DNA from: the human T2T-CHM13v2.0 reference genome, Homo sapiens
Strand: one strand, 5' to 3'
Length of the DNA stretch: 64,000 nucleotides
Assembly (NCBI RefSeq): GCF_009914755.1
Contig: NC_060937.1
Below are positions 11,783 to 25,904 of the stretch, one piece after another (the first letter of the stretch is position 1; the number at the start of each line of letters is the position of its first letter). The translations under genes were made by a program, and so were the position numbers. The notes beneath the pieces were generated by a model. The model saw only the letters and a program-made list of their open reading frames with translations, ran no database searches and was not told where the DNA came from.

Positions 11783-13573
11783 TTAATCAAATCAAATCAT
11801 TCTACTGGCCAAGCAAAACAAGACTGTGTCAGGGTGCCTTACTGATTACTGGTTGATCAAAAGAAAAGAATTCTCATTCATAATTTCTCTTGCTCTCCAT
11901 TTGCACCATTTGATTATCCTTGACATTCCTAGTTCTTTATACTCACTTTGCTACAGGATTCTCATCTCCTTCAGTTTTGAATACTTTACTGTGTCCGTTA
12001 GCTTTTTGACCTCAACATTCCAGTATAGCTCTTCTTGCAAACTGCATTTATCTTTAGAAGTAAGAAAACTAATTTCCTCTAGCCCTAGGCTGTCAAAAGG
12101 CCTCCATATGTGGGACTAGCCTCTTCCACTGTTACCAGGGGAGAGGAGGAGAGAACACTGAAATATTTGGATTGTCCCCCAAAAAAGTTATGTTTCACAA
12201 ACAACTTTTTTTTTATATTTGGGGGATTTTTTTTCTCAAGTATTTTAAGACAGCAGGCAAAAAAGAAATGTCAGATTTCAGGATACTTCTTTCACAAGGA
12301 GAAGATACACAAAACATTCTCTGTTGGATAATACTGTAAAATAATTTATTTTTTATATTTCTACCTAATTTTCTTCATATCTTGTTAGCTCCTGATACTA
12401 TGTTTACAACTAAAAAACTGTCAGCTGTCAAGAGTTGACAACATACATCATTTGGAAGAATAAACCATAATATTGCCTTATAGGAAATATATGGTTATAC
12501 AGACATTTAGCCATGAAAAACATTTTTACATAGGCCTTCATACTGGATTCATTGAGTATCAGAATTTATACTGTCAATGTATCTCTAAAGTAAAAAGAAT
12601 AATAGTCTTCATAAAGTTATTTCTTGTTGTATGTCACATCAAGGAAATTGAAAATCATGACCTAAATCGGCACTTAATTAAAGCAATTATTTGGCACATA
12701 AAAATAATTTGGTCAAAGCAAAATCTCTCTTATATGTTCAGCCATAATTGAAGTCAATTCTGGGCCATTAAGAATAAATTGGCTCTGTATTCTTCAAATA
12801 ATCCATGAAGTCCATAATATTATGTGAAAAACATAGATCCTAACCAACACTTTAACCTAGATGATGACTATTCTATTTTGACACCAGAGTTGGGAAATTT
12901 AAAAATCATCATTAAATCATAAAAATTATCATTTTTCATCAAATTATGTTAATTTATTGATACAAAAGGACAATTAGGTAATAATTACTTCATATTCTGC
13001 CATTCTGTAAGGCAACTCACTACATCTACATTTTTATATTTCCAGCAAACTGATTTATTTTCCTAAATATAAAAAAAAATTTTAAATTATCAAAATGACC
13101 CATAACTTAGACAGAAAACTGGGATGAGGGTGCTTAGCATATTTTTTCCACTTAAAATGTAATTCATTCACCTTCTATAGCAAATACTTTTTGATATTGT
13201 AGTTTGCATAGTAAAATTAATACTCATGTATTTTTTCCAAATTTATTCAGCATCATAGTGAAACTGAATGCCTAAATTCTTATTTTTCTGCATTTTTGGA
13301 TAACAGCCACTAATGTATGAGATGTTAGGACATGTCCACATAATAATTTTTGCTTCTTAAAGGTACACGTGAGTGTTAAATATATTTTATTTCTGAGTAA
13401 TTTGTCTATGGTCTTTGTAATGCTTGCAAATCCATCACTTAAAGCCTCTACCTCTCCTTTTCCCACAGCACCTCGCTAGTTCCTTCTTTAACATTTCAAT
13501 AGTTGAAGGAGAATCATGACCCTATTTTACCTCAAATAAGACAAGGAAATAATGTTTAGACATGAAAAAGGAA

Positions 13574-13608
13574 GCTGGGATTACAGGCTTGAGCCACTGC
13601 ACTCGGCC
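13574..13608 (-). mobile_element. Orphan Alu 5' tip (35 bp)
   Basis: gctgggattacaggcttgagccactgcactcggcc is the reverse complement of the Alu 5' end. Confidence 0.85.
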
Positions 13609-13996
13609 TGTTAACATTTTTCATCAGTGCAGTATGTTTGTTGAAACTGATGAAAAACATTGATACATTGTTATTAACTACATTTTATAGTTTACCTTAG
13701 GGTTTATTCCTTGTGTTGTATAGTTCTATGGGTTTTGACAAATGCACAATGTCAGGTATTACATACAATGATAAATAATGTAAAGTACTGTATAGAATAT
13801 TTTCATTGCCTTGAATGTGCCCTGTACTCCATTTATTCGTGTCTTGGGTCCTCTCTTTCACAATCCTGCAACCACTGACTTTTTTTATTGTCTCCATAGT
13901 TTTGCCTTATCAAGAATTTCGTGTGATTGGAATCATACAACATGTAGCCTTTCAAACTGGCTTATTTCACTTAGTAATAATGCACGTAATGTTCTT

Positions 13997-14030
<34 letters not shown>

Positions 14031-14895
14031 AGCTTGTTAGTTCATTTGTTTTCACTGCCAAATAACAGCGGATTATATGGATGTAACACAGTTTCTTTAT
14101 TTATTTATCTATTAGTTACTTCTAGTGTTTTTCACTTCTGATTAAATGTGATATAAACATTTGCAAGTAGATTTTGTGTGGGCATAGGTTTTTAAGTAAT
14201 TTTGGTTAATATCTAAGAGTAGGATTTGCTTAGTAACTAAGAGTATGATCATGTGGTAAGACTATGTTCGGCTTTGTAAGAAACCACCAGACTGTCTTCC
14301 AAAGTGTCTATCCAACTTTGGGTTCTAACCAGCAATAAAGGAACATTGCTGTTGCTTTACATCCTTGCCAGCATTTGATGTTCTCAGTGTTATCGGATTT
14401 TAGTCAATCTAATAGATGCACGTTGGCTTCTCATTGTTTAATTTGTAATTCCTCAATGATATATACTAGTGAGCATCTCTTCACATGTTTTTTTGCAACT
14501 GGTATGTCTTCTTTAATCAGGTATATAGCAACATCTTTTGTCCACTCTTTAGTTGGATTGTTTTTTTTCTTATTGTTAAGTTTTACGAATTTTTGTATAT
14601 TTTGAATACAAGTCCTTTATCAGATATGTGGTTTGAAAATATATTTTTCAAGTTTGTGGCTTATCTTTTAACTCGTTTAGCAATGTTTTCCCCAGAGCAG
14701 ATGTTTTTAATTTTAATGAAATCTAGCTTATCAATTTTGTCTTTTTTGGATTGTGCTTTTGCTGTTGTATATAAAAAGTTATCGCCAAACCCAAGGTCAC
14801 CTAGTTTTTCTCTTGTATTAGCTTGCTGAAGTTTTATAGTTTTGTGTTTTTCATTTAGGTCTATGATCCATTTTGAGTTTGTTCTGTGAAAGAGA
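13609..14895 (-). mobile_element. L1MC (L1MC1-3-like) 3' region
   Basis: gttctatgggttttgacaaatg, caaccactgactttttt, ggaatcatacaacatgtagcctttca, gtaagaaaccaccagactgtcttccaaagtg, aggtctatgatccattttgagtt. Confidence 0.85.
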
Positions 14896-16248
14896 ATACC
14901 ATTTTTCTATAATTTACTTATGTTTTTACTGCTATCCTATAATCTATAGAAGAGGAACTAGTCCCAATTTTTAATTAAATCCCTAATAGTAAGATCTGGG
15001 ATTAATTTTTATTAATAAATGAGTGGGAGCAATAATAGCATGTATATGAGTCAATTCCATATGTATACTATTTATTCCTATTCAGTTGTGTCATGCAGTT
15101 TTCATACTTTGAAGTGACAACAAATATCTCAGTATTTCATATTTAATTATGTTATGAGAAAGATATCATAAAGAAAAATATTTAAAATACTATAAATAAT
15201 TTAGCCCCAAATATGTCAGCATATTGTATCTAATTTATGCTTCTTTGAAAACAAAAGGTAAAATAAATTATTCAACCAAAACCAAACAATAACAATTTAA
15301 ATAGACCAGATATTTACAATAATGTCTATAATGTGAACATCTCTTTAAGCTTTAACTTGAAATATTTGTAACATTTGTTTTTTACATAATGTAAAAATGA
15401 AAATGAATTTCTTAAATGGAGGATGTTACAATAGTAAAATTATTTAAGATATATATTTCTAATATTTTGAAGATAAAATGAAGATTCATGCAAAAGTGTA
15501 TACATAAATTATGCCTGGACAAGTTCAGCAGCAGTCATTACAAACTGTCTAGATATATGTATCTTTGGACATGACAAATTAGGCTGCACATTTAAAGGAT
15601 TAGCAATTTTGTATATTAGCAGTTGTTTTTTTATCAACTTGTAAGCTTAGTATTTTAATAAACAAATATAGAACTTAAACTGTTAAAATAGAAATGCATT
15701 GCATTTTAATAATATTATATAATTGGGTTCAGACAGTACTTTTCAGTTCTCAGTAATTGAAATGGGTCTTACCTAATTTGAAATGCCTCTGAATGAGGCA
15801 ACAGAGACTACTTACAAGGATAATTCAACAGTATATGGCAGCCAAGGGATTGTGGAGTGATCCTGATTGAAATTGACTAGAATTAAGATATGTACGGAAT
15901 CAAATGTAGGCAAGCAGCACTTGCATATATATATGCAACTAATACTGTAGTAAAAAGAAAAAACAAGCATAGCATGCTTGTAAGATACTCTAAAAGGACA
16001 TACATTTAAAAATAATTCAGAATGTTTCCATTAAATGATTTGTATATCAGGTATATAAGAAAAATAGTTATTCAATTTTAGGTTTTATTTTAAATTGTTA
16101 CATCCTAAGTATTCATACGCAATGTAAACTGATATTATATTTAAAAGTTTAGAAAATACATTTTAAGGTATACTTTTAAAACAAAATAGACTTTCTTCTG
16201 ACACTAGTTTTATGCATTTAAACTTTTCAGAGCAAAGACATTTAATAA

Positions 16249-16571
<323 letters not shown>

Positions 16572-16694
16572 ATAAATTAATTTGTTTAAGCATGGTGCAT
16601 ATTCTTTATTTTGAAGAAAGATTCATAATGTTTATGTACATTTTTTATTTGAAATTAATGTGTAAAAGTTAACATGTGTGGTGTGTATGTGCCT

Positions 16695-16697
<3 letters not shown>

Positions 16698-16732
<35 letters not shown>
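16698..16732. repeat. (TG)n microsatellite
   Basis: About 17 perfect TG units. Confidence 0.95.
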
Positions 16733-16733
<1 letters not shown>

Positions 16734-17889
16734 TGGCCTTTGGAAAATCATAAACTTCTAATTTGAGAATAAACAATATTCAGAAAATACTGAAATATGT
16801 AATATCCAGAAAATAACAGCACATAATTAATTAATGTAACATCAGTACTTCGTTGATATATTGAATTGAATGTTATTGATATATTCAAGCAAAGACTATG
16901 GAACTATTTATTTACTTTTATAAGGGGAATTTCAAAGCTGCTCAGAAGGCAAGAATGTAAGATAATTTAGGTACTTAGAAATGTATTATTTTGTGATGTA
17001 TTTACTGTTTGGATGTTGCTTGTTAGAGCTATGTTTTATACATGAAAGCCATTCAATATATGTATTTATTTTTATACTACATCAATATTGAAATGTTTAT
17101 TATTTGACAGGGCAATTCCTCCTCTTCGAATTTTTTACAGGTATGAAAATATGTTTACTTATAGTTAGAACTGAATATGTATAAATGTCTGTTGATAGTG
17201 AAGTGATTAAATATATTATGATATTTTAGTATTTTGGAATAGTATTTCACTATTAAAAATGAGTTAGGCTTCCAGGTACTGGTCTGGAGAGAAGTAATAT
17301 TTTGTTAAATAAAAAGAGTAACATACAAAAATGTGCATAGTATGATTATCTTTAGGAATAAAAGATTGCACAAAAACACATGCACATTTACATATGTATA
17401 TAAATGCATTAAAAAGAACACTAGAAATGAATGCTTTGGCAACAACATCATGTCAAATTTTATTTCAGGGTAGCCAGTACATACTTTGTAAAAATTTACA
17501 GTGTTTTATTTAATTTTTTTCTTTTATTGTTCATTATTAGAATACCAAAACATGCACATGGTTCAAAGAATAACAGGTTTTCAGAAATAAAAGGGATCAC
17601 ATGTAAATCTAGACCACAAATCATCTATGTTTTGATATAATAATCACAGCAATCAGATAACTGCTGCTTTTGAGGGACCAAGCTTCTTATGAGGAGAGCT
17701 CTAAGATAAATACAGATAAAGCCTTTCAGATTTGTATACCACTCTTCCCAATTATTTCTTCTGATTTGGAGTATTCTTCATTTTTCTTTCAAATATAAAT
17801 AACTCAAGTATTTGAAGAAAGCAAAAAATTCTCAATGTTTTTGCAGTGCATTCATAAACTGTCACTCCCATTCCCCACAACCAGTGTAA

Positions 17890-17922
17890 ACACACACACA
17901 CACACACACGAGCACACACACA
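17890..17922. repeat. (CA)n microsatellite, interrupted
   Basis: acacacacacacacacacacgagcacacacaca. Confidence 0.9.
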
Positions 17923-18649
17923 CCACCTACAGTTCTTCAGATTGAACATCTTAAAACGTCCCCCTAAAATGTGCTTTGAGTCCCTGGTTTACACTAGCAA
18001 CTCTACTTTCCAACTTTAAAACCTCTCTTCATGTGTCTCAGTAAAAACTGAGAGCCACTCTTAGGTATAGTCTTGTCTAGGGCAGCCTGAGGAACCATCA
18101 CCACCTCTCTCCAGCTACCCTTACTGTCCCGAAGGCAAATGTAACTACAAAACTGCTGTACTATTAGGATTTTACAACTAACCCCTCTAAGTTTGGTGTA
18201 ATTGATGCTTTTAAGCTATGCCTTCCTGTCATATATTGTGGGGTTCAGTTTAAAGATCTGCTTTCAATTTGGAGGTATGTCGTAATTTCTAACAAGTGTA
18301 GAGTTGGTGGATGCGGCTTTGTTGAGCCCTAAAGAATTGTTTCTGAGATGTCCTCACATCTTCATCTTCCTGGTGAATTTTATTCTCAATTCATCAATAT
18401 CTTTCACCTTTAACCAAGTAATTAAGACAAATTAAAATAAAACTCCACATATCCTATAATATGATCCAAGGACATTGCCTCCCTCCTCCACATTAAATTA
18501 GTTGTTTTTAAATAATTCCTACAAATTCAATTAGCTATGCTGAATTTATATTTTCTTTAAGTTATTTTCTTTGAAAATAACGAAACTCTCTCATAATAGA
18601 CAATGTTTATGTGATTATAGGAAAAGAATATGTGTGGAATTATATAGGG

Positions 18650-18945
18650 GCTGAGCTGTGGTAGCCAGTAGCCACACGTAGATATTGTGTGCTTGAAATA
18701 TGGCCAGTCCAAATTGTAATGTAACTAGTACACATTTCGTTTTGAAGAAAAAAAAGTAATGTTAAATTATCTCTATTAGTAAATGTTATGATAATTACAC
18801 ATTGATATAATGATCTGTGAGGAAAATAAGTTAAATAAAATGTTATTAAAATAAATGTTACCTGTTTTCATTTGCTTTCTTTAATGTAGCTACTAACACG
18901 ATAAAATTGCATATGGGTCTACATTATATTTCTAGTTTAAAGCTG
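18650..18945 (+). mobile_element. MER33 (hAT-Charlie MITE)
   Basis: ggtagccagtagccacacgt...cttgaaatatggccagtccaaattg...ttaatgtagctactaa...cattatatttcta. Confidence 0.8.
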
Positions 18946-19554
18946 CCATTATGGGGATAACATTTTCAAAGTTCATAGAGCACTCATACAAATCATGGAC
19001 CCTGGAAGATTTAAGGCAGTTCTAGACCAATAAGTAACTGCAGCAGTTAATAAATCTTTCCCCTAATGTTCCACTATTAATATGACTCAGCTCATCGCCA
19101 TCTATCTACTTCTCTTTGTCATGCTGCTATAAACTGTCTCCTACATCTTCAACGTTTTCCTTTCTCTTCTAGTTTCTACATTCTTATAGCATTTTTCTCA
19201 CTTATTGTTGTTTTATTGCATAAGCAAAATCATCACCTCTCTCTATCAACACCTAACCTTATTGCCAATTTTTAAATATTTAATTTTTTAAAAAAGTATG
19301 TTTCAAAGAAAGGAAACATCTGGTTGATACAGCAATGTCATCTAAGCAGGGAGAAATCAAAAGTGGTTTGGCACTCCATACATTGCAATTTCATGAGTAA
19401 TGTGGCAAACTTGTTTAACTTCTTAGTTACAGCTAGTAGAATTGTATATTTCATATTTTTACACACAAGTTGTGAAATTTAGATACACTACCTTGACATG
19501 CATTGTATTATTCTAATATGATAATGAACTACATCTTAAAGATTTGACCATTCA

Positions 19555-20030
19555 CACCGCTGTTACGTAACATGTTAATTACATCAAAACTGTATGGTCT
19601 AAAAGTAGCATGTATTATATCCTAGTTTCCAAGAACGCTTACAAGGTTTCCAAGGTTGCTTCCTTGGATGCCTCTGGCTCCAGGTGTTTCATGACATTAT
19701 AGTCAAGCTATCAGCCAGAGCCGCAGTCCCATCTGAAGGCTTAAATGGAGGTGGATTCCATTACAAGTTATTTTTATTGTTATTGTCAAAATTCTGTTCA
19801 GGTCTCTGGACTGAGGGTCTGAATTTCTCATTGCCTATAGGCCAGAGGCTCTCTCTATACCATGCCATAAAGGACTCTTCGCAGGGCAACTTATAATATG
19901 GCAGTCAGCTTACCTAAAAGCAAAAGACAAAGAGCTCCCAAGACACAACAGCGATCTTTTTATTGCTTAATATTGGAAGCGATATCTCATTATTTCTGCT
20001 GTATTCTAAATCAGTAGAAACTTAAGTTTG
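19555..20030 (-). mobile_element. MLT1F-like MaLR LTR
   Basis: cctctggctccaggtgtttcatga, gcagtcccatctgaaggctt, ggactgagggtctgaatttctc, ttggaagcgatatctcattatttctgc. Confidence 0.7.
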
Positions 20031-20180
20031 TTAAGTCATCCCTGTGTTTAAAATAATCTAATGACTTTTCATTGCACCTTGATTAAATTGACAACTTTTT
20101 AGACTGGTTTATTTCCAAAAGTACCATACCTCTATAACTGGTACATTGACTTCGCCTTTTTTTGATTGTGTGATGTCTTT

Positions 20181-20256
20181 TTCTTTTTCTTTTTCTTTTT
20201 TTTTTTTTTTTTTTTTTTTTTTGAGATGGAGTCTCACTCTGTCACCCAGGCTGGAG
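20181..20256 (-). mobile_element. Extremely 5'-truncated Alu (last ~34 nt plus tail)
   Basis: poly(T) then gagatggagtctcactctgtcacccaggctggag; TSD gattgtgtgatgtcttt (20164-20180) / gattctgtgatgtcttt (20256-20272). Confidence 0.92.
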
Positions 20257-20265
20257 ATTCTGTGA

Positions 20266-20668
20266 TGTCTTTATCTATTTGTGTTGCTATAACAGAATAC
20301 CTGAGATTGGGTAATTTATAAAGAACAGCATTTTATTTTTTTTAGTCTGGTGGTTGGGAGTTCATTTCAAAGCACTAGCAGCTTTGGTATCTGGTGAAAG
20401 CCCAGTCTCTGCTTCGAATATGGTATCTTGAGGGCAGCATTCTCCAGACAGAAAGAACTCTGTCTTCATATGGGGAAAGGCAGAAGGACAAGAAGGAGCA
20501 AACTCCTTCTGTCCAGCTCTCTTTTACAAGGGTACCTAATTCCATTTATAAGGATGGAACCCTAACATCTCAATCAGCCCTCAGAGGCCATACCTTCTAA
20601 AACTTGCCTTGGGGATTGAGTTTCTAATATGAACTCTGGAAGGGGCAAAATCATTCAAACCATAGCAC
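20266..20668 (-). mobile_element. MST-family (MSTC/D-like) solo LTR
   Basis: tgtctttatctatttgtgttgctataacagaatacctgagattgggtaatttataaag ... cattcaaaccatagca. Confidence 0.85.
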
Positions 20669-21244
20669 CTCACAATGCCTGTTTTTCCTTGATTTAGAAT
20701 ATTTCCATCAACTCTTCTCTTGTTTTAAGAATATTTCTTCTGCCCCATCTTCAGATAGCTGGTTCCTTCCTGTCATGTAGACAGTATACATAGGCCCAAA
20801 GCACATTTTTATTATAAGATGATTTTTTTATACACCACAGCACATGAACATGCTAATGCGGTTTAAACAATGATTTACTTTTATAAACAACAGGAAATAG
20901 AATCATTGGTCCAATATTTATGATACAAGTTAAAATATAATTTATTTTTAAAAAGGGTTAGTTGTGTAGGGCATCCTCAGTTAACTTGATTTTTCTTGAG
21001 TTCATTGACAAATTGCTAATTTTTTCAAATCACTTAAATACATTAATTGCATCTATTTAATTTCACTGTACTAAATTTAGTGTTTGGAAATTATATTATT
21101 AGACTTTTTTCAGAAATTAACTGTGATTAATAATAAAACCAGTATGATTAAATGAAAAATTATGATTTTAAAATGTTAAGGTTATTTTAATAACTTTCTG
21201 AATAAAGCCTTATTTTATTTAGCATGCACTTTGACCTTTCAGAC

Positions 21245-21612
21245 TGTGTTAGTCTATTTTCACACTGCTATAAAGAGCTACTTGAGACTGGGTAATTTAT
21301 AAAGGAAAGAGGTTTAATTGACTACAGTTCCACATGGCTGGGAAAGCCTCAGGAAACACAATCATGGCAGAAAGGAAAGGGGAAGCAAGGCACGTCTTAC
21401 ATGGTGACAGGAGAGAGAGAGCATGAAGGGTGAAGTGCAACACACTTTCAAACAACCAGATCTTTTGAGAACTAACTCACTATCACGAGAACAGCAGGGG
21501 AATATCCACTCCCATGATTCAATCACCTCCCACCAGGACCCTCCCCTGACACATGGGGATTACTACAATTGGAGATGAGATTTGGGTGGGGACACAGAGT
21601 CAAATCATATGT
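21245..21612 (-). mobile_element. THE1 (THE1D-like) solo LTR
   Basis: tgtgttagtctattttcacactgctataaag...aactcactatcacgagaacagca...gatgagatttgggtggggacacagag. Confidence 0.92.
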
Positions 21613-22029
21613 CTGACCAAGCTGGAATTGCCCATAAAAATATAGTTTTCAGAAGAATTTTGTGAGCTTTGCATAGATTTTATGTGGATTTACTCTATTT
21701 GGAGAAAAATCTTGCCTACAGATATTTCTACAATAATACCTTCTCTATTTTGGGTTATTTCTGCTGGAGGTACAAGGGACTGTTCCCCAAAGCTTCCTAG
21801 AGACCCTCTAGTTTTACTAGTATTAGTGAGAAGATCTGAGGCACACACATAACCTCCTGTGAATGGACTCTCTGGCCTTTTGATCATTGAGCAGCTTAAG
21901 CTTGTATAGGAATACACTTATTTTTCCTGCACCACTCTTTTGTAAATTGTCTCTTAATTTTAATCAGGTTAGATTGGGCATTTTCTAAATAAAGTCCTCA
22001 TTTTATTTTACTTAATGATTATTTTCTCA

Positions 22030-22551
22030 ATTCATCTCTCCCCTCATGCATTTTTACTGTAAGTAGCAAGAAGAAACCAGGTGACATCTTCAACATTTTG
22101 CTTGGAAGTCATCTCAGTTAAATATCAACATTCATCATTTAATGGGGGTGTTTACTCTTTTGTCTTCCATGGGCTAAATTGAATGAAGAATAATTGTCTT
22201 GGGCCACACATAAAATACACTAACACTGATTATAGTGGATGAGCTAAAAATAAATCACAAAAAACTCATAACATTTTAAGAAAGTTTTACAAATTTGTGT
22301 TGTAAATTCTATGCTTTCTGCTACTATATAACAAGGATCTCTAATCATCCAATTTCCAATAACAAGTTCTTTCTTTTGAACCCTCAAAAGCAACACCTTC
22401 AACACTCATATTTCTTGCATCAGTTTGCTCAAGGACATGTACACTTTTTCTTATGCTCCTTAAAGTTCTTCTAGTCTCCACTCACTGACCACTTCCAAAG
22501 ACACTCTTAAGTTTCTGTTAAGATAGCATCCCACTTCCAGGTACCAAAATC
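22030..22551 (-). mobile_element. MLT1 internal sequence abutting its LTR (interrupted by MER30)
   Basis: caagaagaaaccagg...caacattttgcttggaa; ccacttccaggtaccaaaatc|tgt is the typical MaLR internal/LTR junction. Confidence 0.7.
22143..22303 (+). mobile_element. MER30 (hAT-Charlie MITE), 3' end missing
   Basis: aattgtcttgggccacacataaaatacactaacact...gatgagctaaaaa...ttttaagaaagtttt...aatttgtgttg. Confidence 0.88.
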
Positions 22552-23095
22552 TGTGTTTTCTTACTGTTGTGCAACAAATGACCACACATTTAGCAGCTTG
22601 CAGCCACTAATTCACTGTCTTACAGTTCTGTAGATCATAAGTTTCTTGGACTTGTCTGGGTTCTCTTAAAAACCACAAAAGTTAAATTCAAATTGTTGGT
22701 TGGGCTGGGCTCTTATCTGAAGGCTCTGGGCAATAATTCTTTTCCAAGCTCATTAAGGTTGCAGAAATAATCTATTTTCTTGTTTTTGCAAGTCTGAGGT
22801 ACCTGTTTCTTTGCTGACTGTCAACTGGGGTCTGCTTTCTACATATATAGGCTACCTGCATTTCCTCTCATGAGACCTCTATCTTCAAACCAGAAGTGGT
22901 CTGTGGAATTGTTCTCACACTTCCAACTTTTGTGACTTCTTCCATTACTAGCAAGAGAAAATTCTGCTTTTAAAGGAGTCACATAATTAGACTCAGTGAG
23001 GACATCTACTTTCTTCCATATTATGTAACAAAAACACAAGAGTAATACCACAAGGTGAAGTTCATTGGGACTGTCTTAACATTCTACCTAACACA
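22552..23095 (-). mobile_element. MLT1E-like MaLR LTR
   Basis: caacaaatgaccacacatttagcagctt, ttacagttctgtagatca, tctgaaggctctggg, agagaaaattctgcttttaaagg. Confidence 0.8.
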
Positions 23096-23597
23096 TCTAA
23101 CAGTTTAGAATTCAGTGATTTGAACTATGACCAGGCCTTGAGAAAAATCAAGGTTTTCACTATACTGAACTTAATTTTAAGGGCAGTTCAACTTCATGAC
23201 AGCTATCTAGCTGAATAGATTACTGCAAAATTAAATTTATAATTAATTAGTTCACACTCACCAGGCTTCCGTTTCTCCACTACTTTGCCCTACCAAGTAA
23301 TAAATACTACCACTTTTCTACCTCAACTACCTTGCTCTGCCATGAAACTATTTACAAAAACTAGGCCTTTTAGTTAGAACCTAGGCTATGGCAAATATTT
23401 AAAAGAGAAAATCATGACAGGCCTTGTCCTAAGATAAAGCTTATTTGTAAACTGGTGTAATTTTGATATATTATTTACTACCCCAAACAGAACACTACTA
23501 TATATATTAAAAACAAAACAAAAACAAAAAAATCACTTCTCATCTTGTGTGTGTACTAGCAATATATTGCAGAAATGGCAGATATTTGTCATATTGA

Positions 23598-24033
<436 letters not shown>

Positions 24034-24406
24034 TTATTCTTCATTTTGTTGTGTATCATTGCAAAATTAACTCTTCTTGGTGAGGTTTATTCATTAAATT
24101 GAGGGTTAATAGTAGAATGTCAAAATATGCAATATATTTAAATGAGCTTCTTCCTCATTTATAACCAATTTCAAGCATCTTTTTTGATATTATTGAAGAA
24201 ATTAAGAACTCTGACAGGGAATGAAATATTCATGCTATGGTTAATATTTCTTTGTACATTTCTGTTTCTTATATCCTGATTCATGATTCTAATTAATTGA
24301 TGGTATAATGGGCTATTTTCTGTGACTGAACTAGGGGAAGATTTTTCCTAGAAAGCAACTTTGCAATGTGGTCAGAATATTGCAGGACATCCTGAGAAAG
24401 ACACAC

Positions 24407-24816
24407 TGTCTTAGTTTGTTTTCTGTTGTTTATGACGGAATATCTGACACCTACTTTATAAGGAAAATGGATTTATTTATTACAGTACGGAGGCTGGGAA
24501 TTCTAAGGTTGAGGAGCTATATTCTAATGTGAGGCTGTTCTTGTTGGTGGGGACTCTCTACAGAGTACCTAGGTGCCCCAGGGCATCACACAGTGAAGGG
24601 GCTGAGCATGCTAGCTCAGGTCACTCTTCTTATTCCTATAAAGCCACCACTCCCACTCCTATGATAACCCATTTATCTATTATTAGATAATCCACTCACA
24701 AGGGTGGAGCCCTTATGACCTAATAACCTCTTAAAGGCCTCATCTCTCAACAGTGCCATGTTGTGCTTTCAATTTCAACATGAGTTATAGAAAGGACAAA
24801 TATTCAAACTACAGCA
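24407..24816 (-). mobile_element. MST-family (MSTB2/MSTC-like) solo LTR
   Basis: tgtcttagtttgttttctgttg...gagcccttatgacctaataacctcttaaaggcc...aatattcaaactacagca. Confidence 0.85.
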
Positions 24817-25807
24817 CACCCTGAGAAAATGAAACATCTTTTCACTTCTTGTTTTAGAAACCAGACTTAGAGTTAACTTCTAGAGTGAAAACACACATAC
24901 ACACACATAGATACCCAGACAAACTCATATAACATATATCTCATCACATTGAAATTTAAAAGCTAGAATAAAATGTCCAGAAAAAAGGATAAAATACATA
25001 ATATGAAGACCTGCATTCAAGTAGATTAAGAGACAAAGTTTTTTATTATTTGTGTTTTGCAAAGGAAAGAATAAAATGAAATATATTTCATAATACTACA
25101 AAAAACAAAGTTTTTAAATCTATAACGAAACAAAGACTGAACTGCTCTGAAGCAATTCGAAAATGGACATACTTTTTAAATATCACATGAAAATGTTAGA
25201 AATGTTGAAAATAGCAGAAATTTATAGGGTCTAGTCTCCTGTGAAATTGAGCAATGCATATTCCCCAGCTTACAGAGAAGAATAAAATAGATCAATGCCA
25301 GTCAGAACCTAAAGTCTGAAGTGCTATCAGGCTAGGAGAATAAACAAAATTTATTATGCTGTTGCTATGTGAACAAACTCCTCTTGAGTGTGAGAGAGTT
25401 TTAACAAAAATTCCACTAGAAGTACCAATGCATGAACAACTGTAGTCTTCACAGTAAAAGAAGATTATTAAATATAGGTATTCATTTGAAATACTTTCTT
25501 TTTAATTTGTATTTTATAGGGGTTGCTACTTAAAGCCTTGTGACCTCTCAATTATAGTCAAGAAACTCAGTCACTTTGGGAAGCTAGTGGATAATTTTCT
25601 TACATTAAAAGGAAATGTCAAAGTCAGAATACTTATTAGACGAGTAATTCATGCAAACTGCTCTTTAGATACCACGTTTACTTTCTCACAAGAGTATGTT
25701 CTTTATCAGAATTTCTTTCTTCAAAAGACATGATTAAAAAATGGAACTACAAGTCACTAGGTGTGATGTAAGACTCACAAAACACAAAACTGATAGACTG
25801 GTGTTTA

Positions 25808-25900
25808 ATATGTATATGTGTGCATGTATATGTATGTGCATATGTGTTTGTATATGTGTATGTGTACATATGTATATATGTATGCATATATATGTGTGTG
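25808..25900. repeat. Degenerate (TA/TG)n alternating purine-pyrimidine tract
   Basis: atatgtatatgtgtgcatgtatatgtatgtgcatatg... Confidence 0.85.
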
Positions 25901-25904
25901 CATC

